Positions 1 through 13,390 of a stretch of 64,000 nt of DNA are shown one piece after another. The translations under genes were made by a program, and so were the position numbers. Position 1 is the stretch's first letter, and each line of letters starts with the position of its first letter. Source of the stretch: Eledone cirrhosa (Eukaryota); assembly GCA_964016885.1 (NCBI GenBank), contig OZ024741.1:285200001-285264000 (forward strand), read 5' to 3'. The notes below the pieces were generated by a model. It searched no databases. It had not been told where the DNA came from and saw only the letters and a program-made list of their open reading frames with translations.

Positions 1-138
1 TTATAGTTCAAAGAATCAGCCTTGTCACACACCACACAGTGTGTCATGTTAAGGATACACATATTAATTTCACGACTAAGCTATTCTGTTGTTCAAACAA
101 CTGGAACACTCAATGGCAAAATTGATGGAGGGCTATTC

Positions 139-408
139 CATGTTGTCTCCAGACAACATAGCCAGCTGTGACTGTCCAACACCCACATGTTATCTTCTGT
201 TATTGAAACCAGCTGTGACTGTCCAACAGCCACATGTTAGTCTCCAGACAACATAGTCAGCTACAACTCTCCAACACCCACATGTTGTTTCCTGTTATTG
301 TGACCAGCTGTGACTGTCCAACACCCACATGTTGTCTCCAGACAACATAGCCAGCTGTGACTGTGCAACACTAATATTTTGTCTCCTGTTATTGTGGCCA
401 GCTGTGTG
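139..408. repeat. About 47-bp minisatellite with two alternating unit endings
   Basis: Core ccagctgtgactgtccaacacccacatgttgtctcc followed alternately by agacaacatag or tgttattgtga. Confidence 0.85.
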
Positions 409-569
409 AGACCATGTGATTTGAAAAGAAATGACATGGGACTGGTTGTCTCATTGAGAGTTTCTCATTTGTAAATAGGTATCACAGAGAAGAATAGTTC
501 TACTGTCCATCACCCCAACCCTTCCTTGAAGCTCTAGTACATTAAGTTTTCTCTCTTTCCAACATAAAG

Positions 570-619
570 ATCCAAGAGAAAAAGGCTCAAAAGTTGAAAG
601 AAAAGCAAGCCCAAGAGAA
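570..619 (+). CDS. CSPP1: CSPP1-like gene, first coding exon in window (IQEKKAQKLKEKQAQE)
   Basis: Acceptor aaag|atc, donor aa|gtaagt; 50 nt, phase 2 joins the next exon in frame. Confidence 0.75.
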
Positions 620-839
620 GTAAGTCTTGTTTATTTTAAGTTTCATTAACCATTTTCCTACTGTATATTCATTCTAATGAAAAACATTACCTATTATTTT
701 GAAAATTTTTTTATAAATAATCAAGAACTAGAGGGATTTAGTATTATAACTAACTTTCTCATTATTAAGCTGCTGTTTGGAGTCTAACATAATTCAAATT
801 TATCCATAAATTATAATGGAAGGTTTTTAGATAAATATG

Positions 840-2090
840 TTCAATAAGTAATGAGAAAATTTCAGGTGAGACATTATGTATTTTTAAAAGCTTACAAAAC
901 TTGTGCAGGCACCTTCCCCACTTCTGGAACACCTCCTCCTACTCCTTCTTCTGCAGTCTTATCAGGAAATTTGTCAATGCCCTCATCAACTCCTGTGTTG
1001 ACTCGAATATGATTTCCCTGAGGCTGTATTTCATGTGTGGGAATAGGAAGAAGTCAGAAGGAGCCGGGTTGGGGCTGTGGGGTGGGTGGTGGTGGTGTTA
1101 TTCCACTTTCATTTCTCTATTGTTCATCCAGGTGGCCTGAGGCATTGTCCTGGTGGGACCACCACTGTCCAATGCTGCACTGCTGTGGTCTCTTCCTCAT
1201 CCTCTCCCTGAATCTCGTCAGAACTTCAAAGTAATACTTTTTATTGATGGTTTGGCCCTCAGGAACCCATTTAGTATGAATTAGCCCCTGGGAATCAAAG
1301 AAAGGAATGACCATGGTTTTCTCTTGAGACATGCTCATCTTTGCCTTTTTAGGCCTGGGGGAGGACACGTGTTTCCACTAGGTACTCTGATGTTTGCTCT
1401 CGGGGTCATAGGTGAACATCCAACTGTTGTTGTAAGTCATTACTTTATACAGGAAACCAGAATCAGCCTCTATCATATTGAAAATGTGAGTGCAACATTC
1501 CATATGAAACTGCCTTTAATTGTTGGAGAGGATCTTTGGCATGAACTTGTCACAGACTTTGTGGAGCTCCAGATCTTTAGTCAGAATTGTCTTCACTGTG
1601 CTATTACTAACACCAACAGCTTTAGATATCATCTTCACAGTAGCTTGACAGGTTGCATCATAAACTTTTTTACTTCCTCAATGATTTCCTCCTTTCATGT
1701 GCTGTTCAGAGCTCCTGATTGACATTCATCTTCAACCTGTTCATTTCTTTCACAATATCGTTTAAATCATGTGTAGAAACTTGCTTTGTTCCTCTGTTCA
1801 CCCTCATAAGCCTCCTCTAACATTCCATAGGTGGTTTCTTGTTTGATTTTCTTAAGTTTAACACACAATTTGATGGCGTTCGTTGCTCCATGTTTTCTTA
1901 CATCTTGCCACATGATGACATCAGCAAATAGATCACACTGGTTCAACCAAGTACACTGTTGTGCTCAAACCTAAGCAGATAGAACGTTGCCAGTTAGTCA
2001 CATTATATGTAAGTCTACTTCACCATGAAGTAACATTCTAATTGAGTGATATTTAATGCCTCTCCTGAAATATTCTCATTACTTATTGAA
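840..2090 (-). mobile_element. Decayed mariner DNA transposon
   Basis: 27-bp TIRs (840-866 / 2064-2090, 1 mismatch); broken transposase on - strand (MEQR..AIK start near 1891; KTMVIPFFDSQGLIH, GQTINKKYY, HQDNA). Confidence 0.9.
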
Positions 2091-2257
2091 ATAAATACAT
2101 ATTGAAATAAATAGTCTTCTATCATAGAACCAGGAGAGTTTCATGTAGTTTGGTATCAAATGAATTAATCCAAATAAACAGCTGTAACACTATATCCATC
2201 TTCCTTGATCAGGTTGTCTTCTATTTTGTTTTTTGATTAGACTATTCTATTTGACAG

Positions 2258-2355
2258 CTATGAGAAAAACCTTGAAGAAGAAAGACGAAATTATAATCCA
2301 TTTGGACGTGGAGGTGGTGGTGCTCCCTTGAAAGATTCCAGTGGAAATGTTCTTG
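2258..2355 (+). CDS. CSPP1: CSPP1-like exon ([32 protein letters not shown])
   Basis: ttgacag| ... g|gtatgt; matches the recalled CSPP1 motif YNPWGKGGGGAPLRD..GN. Confidence 0.9.
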
Positions 2356-2911
2356 GTATGTGTTGGAATGAATGGACATGAAACACCTAATGGGATTGTA
2401 GGGGTTCTGTTGTGACACAGGGCATGTCTTGGACATTTTAAACCAGTAAAGGAGGGAGGAAGTAAAGAAGAGATATAGAGAAAGAATTGAACCCAGTACT
2501 GGCTTGGTACTTTTTTTATCAACCTCAAAAGGATGAAAGGCAAAGTTGACCTTGGGGGAACTTGAACTGAAAGTGCAGAGAGCCAGACCAAATACCACAA
2601 AGCATTCTTTCCTATGTTCTAATGACTGCGAATTCACAGCATGTGTTGGATATAACTATATCTATAGCTTAGTTTCAGTTTTGGTAGTTCTATAGAAAGA
2701 CATGCACAAAACTATAATGTATTGTGATAGTGTGAGGGCATGATACTTGCATAAACACACACACATGCACATACACACACACACATGCACATATACACAC
2801 ACACAAACACACCACACAATAGTATGATAGCTAGGTACACATACACATAAATAGTAAAGATTTCTTTGGTAACAATTTCAACTGAAATCATTCTTTTTAC
2901 TTCTCTTCAAG

Positions 2912-3162
2912 CAAATCTTCGTCAGTTTAAAAAGGATTTCATGAATGAAGAGCCTAGCACAAGGATCAACCAACTATTCCAGAGTAATCCAAACCCCCAA
3001 TTTAATCAGACTACTGCTACTACTACAAATACTTTGCAAGACATACCAAATTATGGTTTATCTAATGAAGAAGTTACTGTAAACCCGCAGTCCAACTTCA
3101 ATAATCCTGCCCTGGAAACTTCCCATGCTAGAGGAGGTCATGGTATATTTGGAGAGCCTAAG
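2912..3162 (+). CDS. CSPP1: CSPP1-like exon (ANLRQFKKDF...SHARGGHGIFGEPK)
   Basis: cttcaag| ... aag|gtaagt; 251 nt, phase-compatible; ARG..FGEP motif as in CSPP1. Confidence 0.88.
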
Positions 3163-3625
3163 GTAAGTGGGTTTTTGTCTATATATACTGTATATATCTC
3201 ATCATCGTCATCATCACCATTTTACGTCCATTCTTCCATGCTAGCATGGGTTAGACGGGTTGTCCTATTGTGAGCAGTGTCTGGTCAGCTGACATTGTCT
3301 TGCTCATACGAGAACTGATTCTGGCTTGATTTCTACAGCTGGAAGCCCTTCCTAACACCAACCTCATTTACATTGAGTGCTGGGTGCTTTTTTTCTGTGG
3401 CACCTACACGATCACTTTACAGTGTGGGCTGGGTGCTTTTTTGCCGCAGCACCTCCACGACCATTTTGCAGTGGGAGTGGGTGGGGGCATATTGTCTATA
3501 TGCTTCAACTTCGGCTTGTACCCGTGAGAAGTCGGGTCTTCTGTATAACTGCGTGATGCCAGAGGTCACGGTCCTATGTCATCGCCTTTGAGAGGGTGCA
3601 ATTGGGTAATATAGTAAGTAATATA

Positions 3626-4931
3626 CAGGGTGTTCGGGATAAATTTGACAGTTTCATCAGGAAAAAGAAAAAGTGCTTGGTATCTACAAAATTTATTTGA
3701 TTTAAAAGAAATTCAATGGACAAGGAAATTACACTATTGTCAAAGAGTTTTACTCAAAATAAACGCCATTAGCGTCTATTACAGCCTCAATCCGGGCCCG
3801 GAACCTGGAGCAAGCTGATTTTACACTTTCCCTGGGAAGGCCTTCAAAAACTACTTTAATTCTGTCGATTAACTGGGCTTTTGTAGTACTGGCACTGCGA
3901 TTGGTGTCTTTCTCTACAGCGCCCCATACATAATAGTCCATCGGGTTAAGATCAGGGGAGTTCGGAGGCCAAACATTGGGACTGGTGTAGTCGTAAAAAT
4001 TGGCTGACAACCATTTTTGACTTTTCCCCGAGGTGTGGCAGGGGGCCGAATCCTGCTGCCATACATACGGCCTATTATTGGCTACCCTTGTTATCCAGGG
4101 CTTAACTACAGTAGTTAGCAATTCCACGTAGGCATCTGAATTCAACCTGCGACCCTGTTTGAAAAAATATGGAGGCATCACATCACCCTCGGAGGCCACA
4201 CATCCAAAAACCATGACAGTTTGGGAAAATTTAGTCTGCATGACTCGAGGAGTGTTCTTTGGACTGTATGCAAGTCATCTGTTATTCTGCGTGTTGTGTT
4301 TTTGATCTTGGCAAAAGTTTTTCTCATCGGAAAAGAACCAGATTGTTTGTGCTTCAGCAGGATATTTCACTTTGCTCAGAAGTTTCTTCGCCTTTGTCAG
4401 ACGATTTTCGCGGGTCTTTTCTGTGAGAAGTTGACCTCTGCGACGCTTGTATGAGTAGTAGCGAAGGTCTTCATTGAGTGCAATTTTCATAGTAGAGGCT
4501 GAAACATTCAATTCACGCGACAAAGACCGAATTCCGATGCCAGGGTCCTCCAACACTTTTTTCTGCAGATTTTCGATGAATTCTGCTGTGCGAGAGCAAT
4601 CAGATCTTCTGTTATGTTTCTTTCTTCTAGCCACAGCCTCGTAGTCTCCATTGCAATTCTCCAGTTCATGCCGGATTGTTTTTACAGTGTTCAGGGAGCA
4701 TTGAGCAGCGACCATAATCTCCTTATTTTGATGGCCGGCGCGAATCATCATGATACAAGTTATTCTCTTCCATGATTCAGGTGGCTCCCAGTCATCCATT
4801 CTCATTGTCATCACATATATGAATGAAGGAGGGTTTAAACTTTCAAATAAAGCCTAGTGGGCATGAATGAATTTAAAACATCTGAAAAAACAACCAAATA
4901 TTATTCTGTCAAATTTATCCCGAACACCCTG
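3626..4931 (-). mobile_element. Tc1/mariner DD37D (maT) transposon, full length, one nonsense codon
   Basis: Perfect 26-bp TIRs cagggtgttcgggataaatttgacag with TA on both sides. ORFs 4814-4275 and 4241-3750 are in one frame. FSDEK / QQDSAP / SPDLNPMD with 37 residues between the last two catalytic Asp. Confidence 0.95.
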
Positions 4932-5569
4932 TATAAGTAATATATATATATATACTTTGTGTTTGTATTTATTTTGCAAGATTTCTTATCTGAAAACGTG
5001 TGTTGAAACAGATATTGTTATGCTTTGGGCGAGTCATGCTGCCAATAAAAACACACGCACCATTTTGTTGTCAACAGGGGTAGTAGCTCTCTAAACATCT
5101 TCCATCCCATTCTTATTGTAGCTGTTATGCATGCTCTTGGAGCACCACCTCCACTGCTAATTTGGTCACCTAGATAGCACAAGCTATCATCCACTTCTAT
5201 GAATTCTACCTGGGATTGAAAAAGGTGTATATCACTGACACTCTTATTATCAATTTTCCCTGAGCATCTATTACATAAAAAGTCTTCTTTTCTTATTAGT
5301 CTGCCTGCTATCCCATGTGTGTATGTGTGTGCTTGTGTATTAGATACATATTTAAAACAAAGCAGGTCATGAGTGTATGCATAGAAGCAAATTATATTTT
5401 CATACTTATGTTTACTTATGAATTATGACTCCCTACATCATCATCATCCCATAACCCTTTTTGAGGCCAATGGGACACTGCAGTGTTGGATGCTGTACCA
5501 ACTGCCTCCATCTCAAACTGTATAAATTAGGAACAAAGATTCAGTATTGCATGATATACATATTTAATT

Positions 5570-5663
5570 ACATATTACATATGTTTCACTGCTGATTAGC
5601 TCAAAGAACAATTGATTATGTTCATTCCTGACTCTGGAATCGAAAGCTCCTCATCAGATATGT
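5570..5663 (-). ncRNA. Type I hammerhead ribozyme motif
   Basis: acatat-CTGATGA-(63-nt branched stem II region)-GAAAC-atat-GTA-atatgt; 6-bp stem I; base of stem II poorly paired. Confidence 0.6.
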
Positions 5664-5714
5664 GTTCTCACATATAAATTCATGTTGCTGAATTGTTAGA
5701 CACCCAATTATATA

Positions 5715-7495
5715 TCATCATCATCATCATCATTTTATGTCCGCTCTTCCCTGCTTGCAAGGGTGGGACGGGTCTTATTCAGCACAGCATCTCTCCACTT
5801 GTCACAGTCCTTCGTCATCTCCACCGTGAGCTTCAGCGATCTGAGGTCTGGCACTTCTTCACTCATCGGTCATCCTCCATGCGCATCACATGTCCATACC
5901 ACCTCAGTCTCCTCTCCCGTACACTACATTCTATCCCTCTCAGACACAGTTTCTCTCTCAACACATTCATGCTGGGTCGTTCACGCACATTGACACTGCA
6001 CATCCAACGGAGCATGCTTGCCTCATTTCTCTCCAGCTGTTGCATATCCTCTGCAGTTGCTGCCCATGTCTCACTACCATGCAGCATCGCGCTCCTCACA
6101 CAGGCATCATATAACTGGCCTTTTGTATGCAGGGAGAAACCCCTCTTCGTCAGCTGAGGAAGCAGCTCCTTAAACTTCTTCCAACCCATCCTTATTCTAG
6201 ATACTATGGCCTCGGAACACCTCCCTCCCATGCTAATCTGATCTCCTAGGTACCGGAAGCTATCCACCACTTCTATAGCACCCGCCTGCATTTGAAAAAT
6301 GTGTCTATCAATGCGACTTCTACTTTCTAATTTCCCTGTACATCTACTGCATACATATTTCTCCCTACCTGTTAGTTTGCCTGCTATCCCGCTACATCTC
6401 TTGTGTACCCAGGATCTGCATTGTGTCCATTTTATAGAATTTATGCCAGTTCCTTTTCTGCATATCGAACATGGCCATTTCTCTGACAGAATCAGAGTTT
6501 TGTCCTCTTTTCTACTCATCAACACTTTTGTCTTAGCTAGGTTCACTCTCAGTCCTCTTGCTTCAAACTGCTGTTTCCATAGCCAGAATTTATTCTCTAG
6601 CTCCTCTACTGATTCTGCTATAAGAACCAGATCGTCAGCATTGAGAAGTTTCCCATGGACAGCCAGTCTTAAACTCCTCTGTTATGGCTTGGAGGACTAT
6701 AATGAACAAGAGCGGGCTGAGGACCGAACCTTGATATACTCCAACCTGTATCTGGAATTCCTCACTAAACTCCATTCCTACCCTGACTTTACTGACAGTA
6801 CCTCTGTACAAAGTTTGCACTGTCCTCACAAGCCATTCCTTAACATCTAGTTTCCTTAGGGACCACCAGATGACAGATCGGGGTACCCTATCAAAGGCCT
6901 TCTCTAGGTCAACAAAGGCTAAGTATAGTGGCTTACTTTTCTCTAAGAACCTCTCTTGCAATTGTCTCACCAAGAAGAGGGCATCTGTTGTACTCTTCCC
7001 AGGCACAAAACCAAACTGCATCTCATCTAGTTTAACCCTTTCTCTAATTAGTTGTGCTAATATCCTTTCTGCCACTTTCATAACCTGATCCATCAGTTTT
7101 ATACCCCTATAATTGCTCCTCTCCAGAGCATCCCCTTTACCTTTGTAGCAATTTATGAGAATACTGCTGCACCAGTCTTTGGGTATGACACCACCATATA
7201 TAGCCTGATTGATGATGCATGCAACTAGTTTAGTGCCTACGTCCCCTGATGCCTTCAGCATCTCGGCAACTATTCCCGATGGTCCAGCAGCCTAATCATT
7301 TTTCATTTCCTTAATCGCCTCTTTGACCCTATATTCGTCAATCTCAATAGCTGGTCCCTCTGTCGGATCTACTGAGGGTAATTTCTCTCTCTCCCATTCG
7401 TTCTCCACATTCATCAGTCTCTCATAATGACATTTCCAGGCCTCCTTTTTCTGATCATTCGTGACACTAAGTACACCGGCATCATTCCGGACACA
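5715..7495 (-). mobile_element. 5'-truncated RTE-clade LINE (reverse transcriptase, PHD-like Cys region), frameshifted
   Basis: ORFs with NYRGIKL, QFGF, FVDLEKAFDRVPR, QGSVLSPLLF, ADDL, RRLRWYGHV; (GAT)n tail at 5715-5733. Confidence 0.93.
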
Positions 7496-7953
7496 CACAT
7501 ATATATATATATATATATGTCATCATCATCATCATCATCATCATTTTACGTCCGTTTCCGGACACATCATCATCATCATCAACGTTTAACGTCCGTGTTC
7601 CACGCTTGCATGGGTTTGGACTGGGGTTTTCCCACTTGAGGCAAGAGTGATTGTCTTGCTCGCATAGGACTGTCTGGCAGGTTTTCTACAGTTGGATGCC
7701 CTTCCTAACACCAACCACATTTACAGTGTGGGTCTGGGAGGTTTTTACCGTGTTGCCTACACGGCCACATTACAGCGTGGACTGTGTGTTTTTTTGTCGT
7801 GACACCTACACAATCTCATTTGTTTCGGCCTGGATGGTGTGGCACCAACATAACTTTACATAGAAGGGGGCGGTGTGGATGGGGTGGGGGTGGTTGGACG
7901 GGGGTGTATTTTGTTAGAGATGCCTACTGACTGTAGTAGGTTTTACTATGTAT

Positions 7954-8883
7954 TTAGGTAAGGCGGGTCTTCTCTATTACTGAGTACCGCCAAAGGTCTC
8001 GGTCCAGTGACATTGTCTTGGAGAGGTGTAAGTGTGTGAGGTCGGAGTTTATCAGCTCGTCCCAGGTTTTTCTAGGTCTGCCTATTCCGTGGCTACCGTC
8101 TATCTTTATTGCCCTGCACTTTGTTATACAGCTATCGACTTTCATGCGCATCACGTGTCCATACCAACGTAGCCTTCTCTCGAGTAAACAACATCTGATC
8201 CCTCTTATTTCTAATCTTTTCCTTAGTTCGTTTATGCTTTGCCGTTCACGTATATTACTATTACACATCCAGCGGAGCATGCAAGCTTCGTTCCTCTCTA
8301 GTCTGCGTATATCCTCTGCACACAATGCCCAGGTCTCACTGCCATGCAACATTGCTGTTCGTATGCAGGCATCATACAACCTGCCTTTCATTTTTAGGGA
8401 GAACCCTTTAGCGGCTAATAGTGGTATAAGCTCTCCGAACTTTTTCCATCCAGTTCTGACTCTAGCTACTGTACTTTCAGAGCACCCTCCCCCACTGCTG
8501 ATTTTGTCACCCAGGTAACGGAAGCTGTCCACTATTTCTATAGAGCCCTCTGCGCAGTTGAAAGAGCTAGTATTTTGTGGGCACTTGCTGCTACTTATTG
8601 CACCAGAGCACCGGCCACATGTGAAATCTATGTTCTTAATTAGCTTACCTGTGATCCCACTACATCTTTTATGCACCCATACTTTGCATTTCTGACACAA
8701 AATGGAGTTTCTACCTACGCCTTTCCTACACACTGAGCATGGCCACTTCCCGGAAGGGACCGCCGCCTTATTTTCTTTCCTACAAACTAGAACTTTGGTC
8801 TTAGCCAGATTAATTTTAAGGCCTTTTGATTCTAGGCCGTGCTTCCATGTTTGGAATTTCTTCTCTAGCTCGGCCATTGACAC
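7954..8883 (-). mobile_element. RTE-clade LINE 3' fragment, open for 309 codons
   Basis: GLKINLAKTK, CSVC..CQKC..H..C, FRYLG, GSETW, RRLRWYGHV, GRPRKTW. Confidence 0.92.
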
Positions 8884-9269
8884 ATATATATCATCATCAT
8901 CATCATACGTCCATTTTCCCTGCTTGCAAGGGTGGGACAGGAACTGATTCTGGCTTGATTTCTACAGTTGTGTGCCCTTCCTAACACCAACCTCATTTAC
9001 AGTGAGTGGTGGGGTTTTTTTTTCCGTGGCGCCTACACGTCCACTTGACAGTGTGGGCTGGGTGCTTTTTTGCGATGGCACCTCCACGACCACTTTGCAG
9101 TGGAATGATAGGGACCCCTGTCCCTATCATCTCATTTCTACAGCTGAGTAAACTGGAGCAATGTGAAATAAAGTGTCTTGCTCAAGGAACCAACACATCA
9201 CCCGGTCTGAGAATTGAACTCACAACCTTTTGATTGCATGGCCAATGCTCTAACCTCTAAGCCATGTGC

Positions 9270-9311
<42 letters not shown>

Positions 9312-9703
9312 TGAAAGAATGAAGAGTAACATGGTTGGCTGTACAATAAGGGGCTTTATTTCAAGTACTGACAATTGTTTCATTGATCTTTCACTATTAT
9401 TACTCCAAGTAATAGGAATTACCGCAAACTCACTGTGAAACTATGGGAACATCTTGTTGAGTCAAACAAAGCCATACGTTAAAACTATCCACGACACAGA
9501 TTACTCACAACCTCTAACTGGATTACCTATAATGATAACTTGTTATCCCATATATATAATATCATCTCTGATCTATTGTACAAATCTCTGATTTTCCTCA
9601 CAAACTTTCTATTTTTATCAAGTCAACACTTTCTTTAATACTATATTTTTAGTTTTGGTCTCAGTAATTATTCCTGATTGCAACTTTCTTTCAATATTTT
9701 TAG

Positions 9704-9757
9704 ACTGAGGCCCAAAAGTCTGCTATGGACCAGTATCGTGATGAACTACAAAAACAG
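9704..9757 (+). CDS. CSPP1: CSPP1-like exon (TEAQKSAMDQYRDELQKQ)
   Basis: ttttag| ... cag|gtattt; 54 nt, phase 0/0. Confidence 0.85.
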
Positions 9758-11029
9758 GTATTTATAAAATTTCCACTCTGTGTATTTTTGTACAATATTT
9801 CATGTTTGTCTATTTTTATATGCATTATTTAGACAACAAATTAGCAGAATCAATAGAACGTCAGATAGAATTCTTTACATTATTCATTCTGTCTCACCAA
9901 GATCAACTTTGTCTTTCATCCATTTGAGGTTGATAAAAAAAAAGTACCAGTCCAGTATTGGGGTTGATTCTATCTCTCTCTTTCTCTCTCTCACACATAG
10001 AATTTGACTATGTTTAGACCTGGAGATGAATGAGACAAATCTATCCATTATGTAAATGGATCAAGAGTAGGGGAATATCTACCAAAACCACCTGGAATAT
10101 AGACTTTTAGTTTGAACCCTTTTCATATTTTGGTTCTGTACAGACACTTTAGAATGTGTACTCTGTTAAGTAATGTTCCAAACACCATCTTAATTAAAAA
10201 AAAGAAATTAGTTATCTTGCTAAGCTCCTCTTTTTACACTTTTCAAAATTACTTGAAACGCATTGGCAGTGCATTTCATTAGAAATATAATAATAAAAAG
10301 GTTAATGAAGGAAAAATAAAATATGAAAGAATTAAGTTTTTTTATCTTGAAGATTCATATCAATGAGTCAACCAAAGAAATGTTTATAAGTGGTTTTGGT
10401 GAAGTATGTGTTTTGTGATTAGCTAACAGAAATGTGAGGCGATCTGACTCAAATCAACTAGTGTGGTCTCATCTTCATGTGGTTTATTTTTAATTTATAT
10501 TTTGTTTTACTTAGTGTGTTTTATAATATATTTATATTTATTTTCTTGTTTTATCCAATTTCAATTGACCTTCAGTATAAAACCTTTGCCACTACCCTCA
10601 TTTTTATGTAACATTTTTATCTTGTCCCCCATGTAACCCTAATGTTTATGATGTTTAATTTATTATACATGCATGCCCCTGTGATTAATAAGTGAAATGA
10701 TTACTATTATAATTGTACCAAGGTCAACTTTATTTTCATCCCCTTGAGGTCAATGAAATAAAATACCAACCATATACTGGGGTCAGTATAATCGACTTTC
10801 CCCGTCTAACTAAATTGCTGCCTTTGTGCCAAAATTAGAAACCATTATTATCATAAATATCTTAATAATTGTAATAACTGTTTCATTTATTAGTCACAGA
10901 GTTATGCATACAAAAAAAACACTTTATTCTTTTGTATATTTTTCCATCATTAACCATTTTATTACCATATTTCTAATGGTAAAAATGTTTCAAGTGATTT
11001 TGAAAATAATAAAATTATTATAACTGTAG

Positions 11030-11179
11030 ATTGTTGAGAAAAGAAACCGAAAACTGGCTGAGTTGGCACTTGAGAAACAGGAAGAAGACAAGTTTAACAA
11101 ACGCTTGGAAGATGATCGTAAAAAGATGCAGGATGAATTTGAAATGGAAGCGAAGAAGAAAAAATTAAAAGCAGAAGAA
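11030..11179 (+). CDS. CSPP1: CSPP1-like coiled-coil exon (IVEKRNRKLAEL...KKKKLKAEE)
   Basis: ctgtag| ... gaa|gttagt; 150 nt, open, E/K/R-rich. Confidence 0.85.
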
Positions 11180-11822
11180 GTTAGTATTTACTGATGAATA
11201 TATTTATTGGTGTCCTGTGGCAACTAAATTTCTTTATATTGGACATCATAATATACTAACATTTAACATTGTTCTCTAAATTAAAAGTGACATGTAAATA
11301 AACATATACTGTAAATAAAAATACTAAGGTTAAGAAAGGAAAGGAAAGAAGGCAATCCGCAGATTGTCATCATCATCATCATCATTTTTAAGTCCATTTT
11401 TGCATACATTGTTTAGACAAGTCCTTCTTAGCACATTATCTCTCCACTCACCACATTCCTTTGTCATCTCCTTTGTGAGTCTCAGCAATTTGAGGTCAGC
11501 TCTCCCCACCTCTGCCCAGGTCTATCTCGGTCTACCTCTACATCATCATTTTGCATCCACTTTTCCAGGCCTGCATAAGTAGGGTTGGTATCAGAAATGA
11601 TATCTGGCTGTAAACAATAGCCTCAAAAAGTCCCTTCCAATTCAGGGCTGCATAGAAAAGTGGACATAAAAATGATGATGATGATTTGTCTACTCTCCAA
11701 ACATAACAATTTATTCTAATCTATGCAAGCATGGAAAATAGACGTTAAACAGAATGATGATAATGATTATAATGATATATGTTTTTGTTGTTGTTTTAGT
11801 TGTTCTTACTGTGTTGTTTTAG

Positions 11823-11993
11823 GAGAGAAAACGTGAGGAAGAGCGAAAACTACAGCTATTGAACAAGAAGGCAGAAGCAGAAAAACAGTTGAAGGACACT
11901 AGGGAGAAGGAAGAGAGGGAAAGGTTAGAGGTGGAGCAGAAGAAAATACAGGAAGAACAGCAACTACAACGAGAAAAACAACAACTGCTGCAA
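11823..11993 (+). CDS. CSPP1: CSPP1-like coiled-coil exon (ERKREEERKLQ...EKQQLLQ)
   Basis: ttttag| ... caa|gtgagt; 171 nt, open. Confidence 0.85.
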
Positions 11994-12594
11994 GTGAGTA
12001 TATTTTAGCTAGATAGTCTGTTCTCTTTCTCTATGTAGTCTAGTCAGTAGGGTTCTGTTGTAGGGAATAGTCTCAATGTTAGGAGAAGTAGGGGATTGGG
12101 GTAATTTGATAGAGTACTATTACCTTTGACTGGCTATCCTGTTCTATTTCTAGTTTGTAGGGTAGTTATGGGTTGGGGTGGGGTAAATTGATAGAGTATT
12201 TGATCAGCTGGTGGAGCAAAGAACCAAGGCAAATGTATATTAGAGCTGTTAGTTGGTTTAAAGTACCTAAGACGCACTGTATGTCACTACAGCACCTCTA
12301 TGGAGAAAAGCCATGGTCACTTTGTCCACTAAGGCAAATGCCCCCACCAAGTGGTTCTCCTTCAAGCTACAGGCAGATACTTTGAGCAGGCTCATTGGCT
12401 TGAACCATGCTCGCCACTCTCAGTCATTTTTCAACAAACTGTTTGGAAGGTAGCACTTCCCTCTTCACCTTGATTTTTCTCTTCAGATGAAACCTGAAAA
12501 AATTAATTAGGCCTTCATCAAAGAGGAAAGTGCTTGTCTTCAACCTGTGGTGATGATGATAATAATAATAATAATATAGACTCTCTATAAAGGA

Positions 12595-13010
12595 TGGATG
12601 CATGATATCATAGGAAAAGTGATTCACTGGCATTTATGTAAGCTGAACAAGTTACCACATTCTGAGAAATGGTATGAGAATATGCCAGAGTCAGTGATAG
12701 AAAATGACTGGGTGAACGTGTTGCGGGATTTCAGGATACAAACAAAGAATTAGAACACAATAGGCCTGACCTAGTGGTTTTTGACAAGGAAAAAAGATCT
12801 TGCTTGATTATAGATGTAGCCAGCCCCTCTGAGATAAAAGTGCTAGAAAAGGAGGATAAAATTAACTGGTACCAGTATCTAAAATGGTCAAGGTTTTCTG
12901 CATATGTTCTGAATATTAGAGGCTGCAGGTAGCGGCTTGATGTTCCTTAGGGCAAATTTTCGAGTTAAATAACAACAATGACTGAGATACCAAGGTAATG
13001 ATAATAATAA
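12595..13010 (+). mobile_element. R4/Dong-like non-LTR fragment (restriction-like endonuclease)
   Basis: Similar to 33180-33760; KVIHW.LC, EKWYE, NRPDLVVFDK...IIDVA; (TAA)n tail. Confidence 0.75.
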
Positions 13011-13390
13011 TTTTCTACTTTAGGCACAAGGCCAGCAATTTTGGGGGAGGGGAAAGTCAATTGATTCAACCCCAGTACGTGACTGATACTTTATTTCATC
13101 GATCCTGTTTGGATGAAAGGCAAAGCTAACCTCAAAGAGATTGAGTTCTTCGGACCTCAGTGTATCTAGTTTAGAATACGTATAACCATATGTCATGAGA
13201 GGTAACTAAAAGGATTGACACTAGGAAGAGCATCTGTCTGTAAAACATTGCCTTAAAAAGGACCTCATGATGTATACAAAGCATATCCTGAGATCCGTTA
13301 GGCTAACCTCTGCTTTACCTATATAAATGGCTACAAAACACTTGTTATTGATGATGATTGTTATAATTTGCCATTCCAACTTCTTTACAG

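Noticed and set aside
139-408. CRISPR-like repeat/spacer appearance
   Set aside because: The spacers are only two alternating 11-mers, the context is eukaryotic and no cas genes are present.
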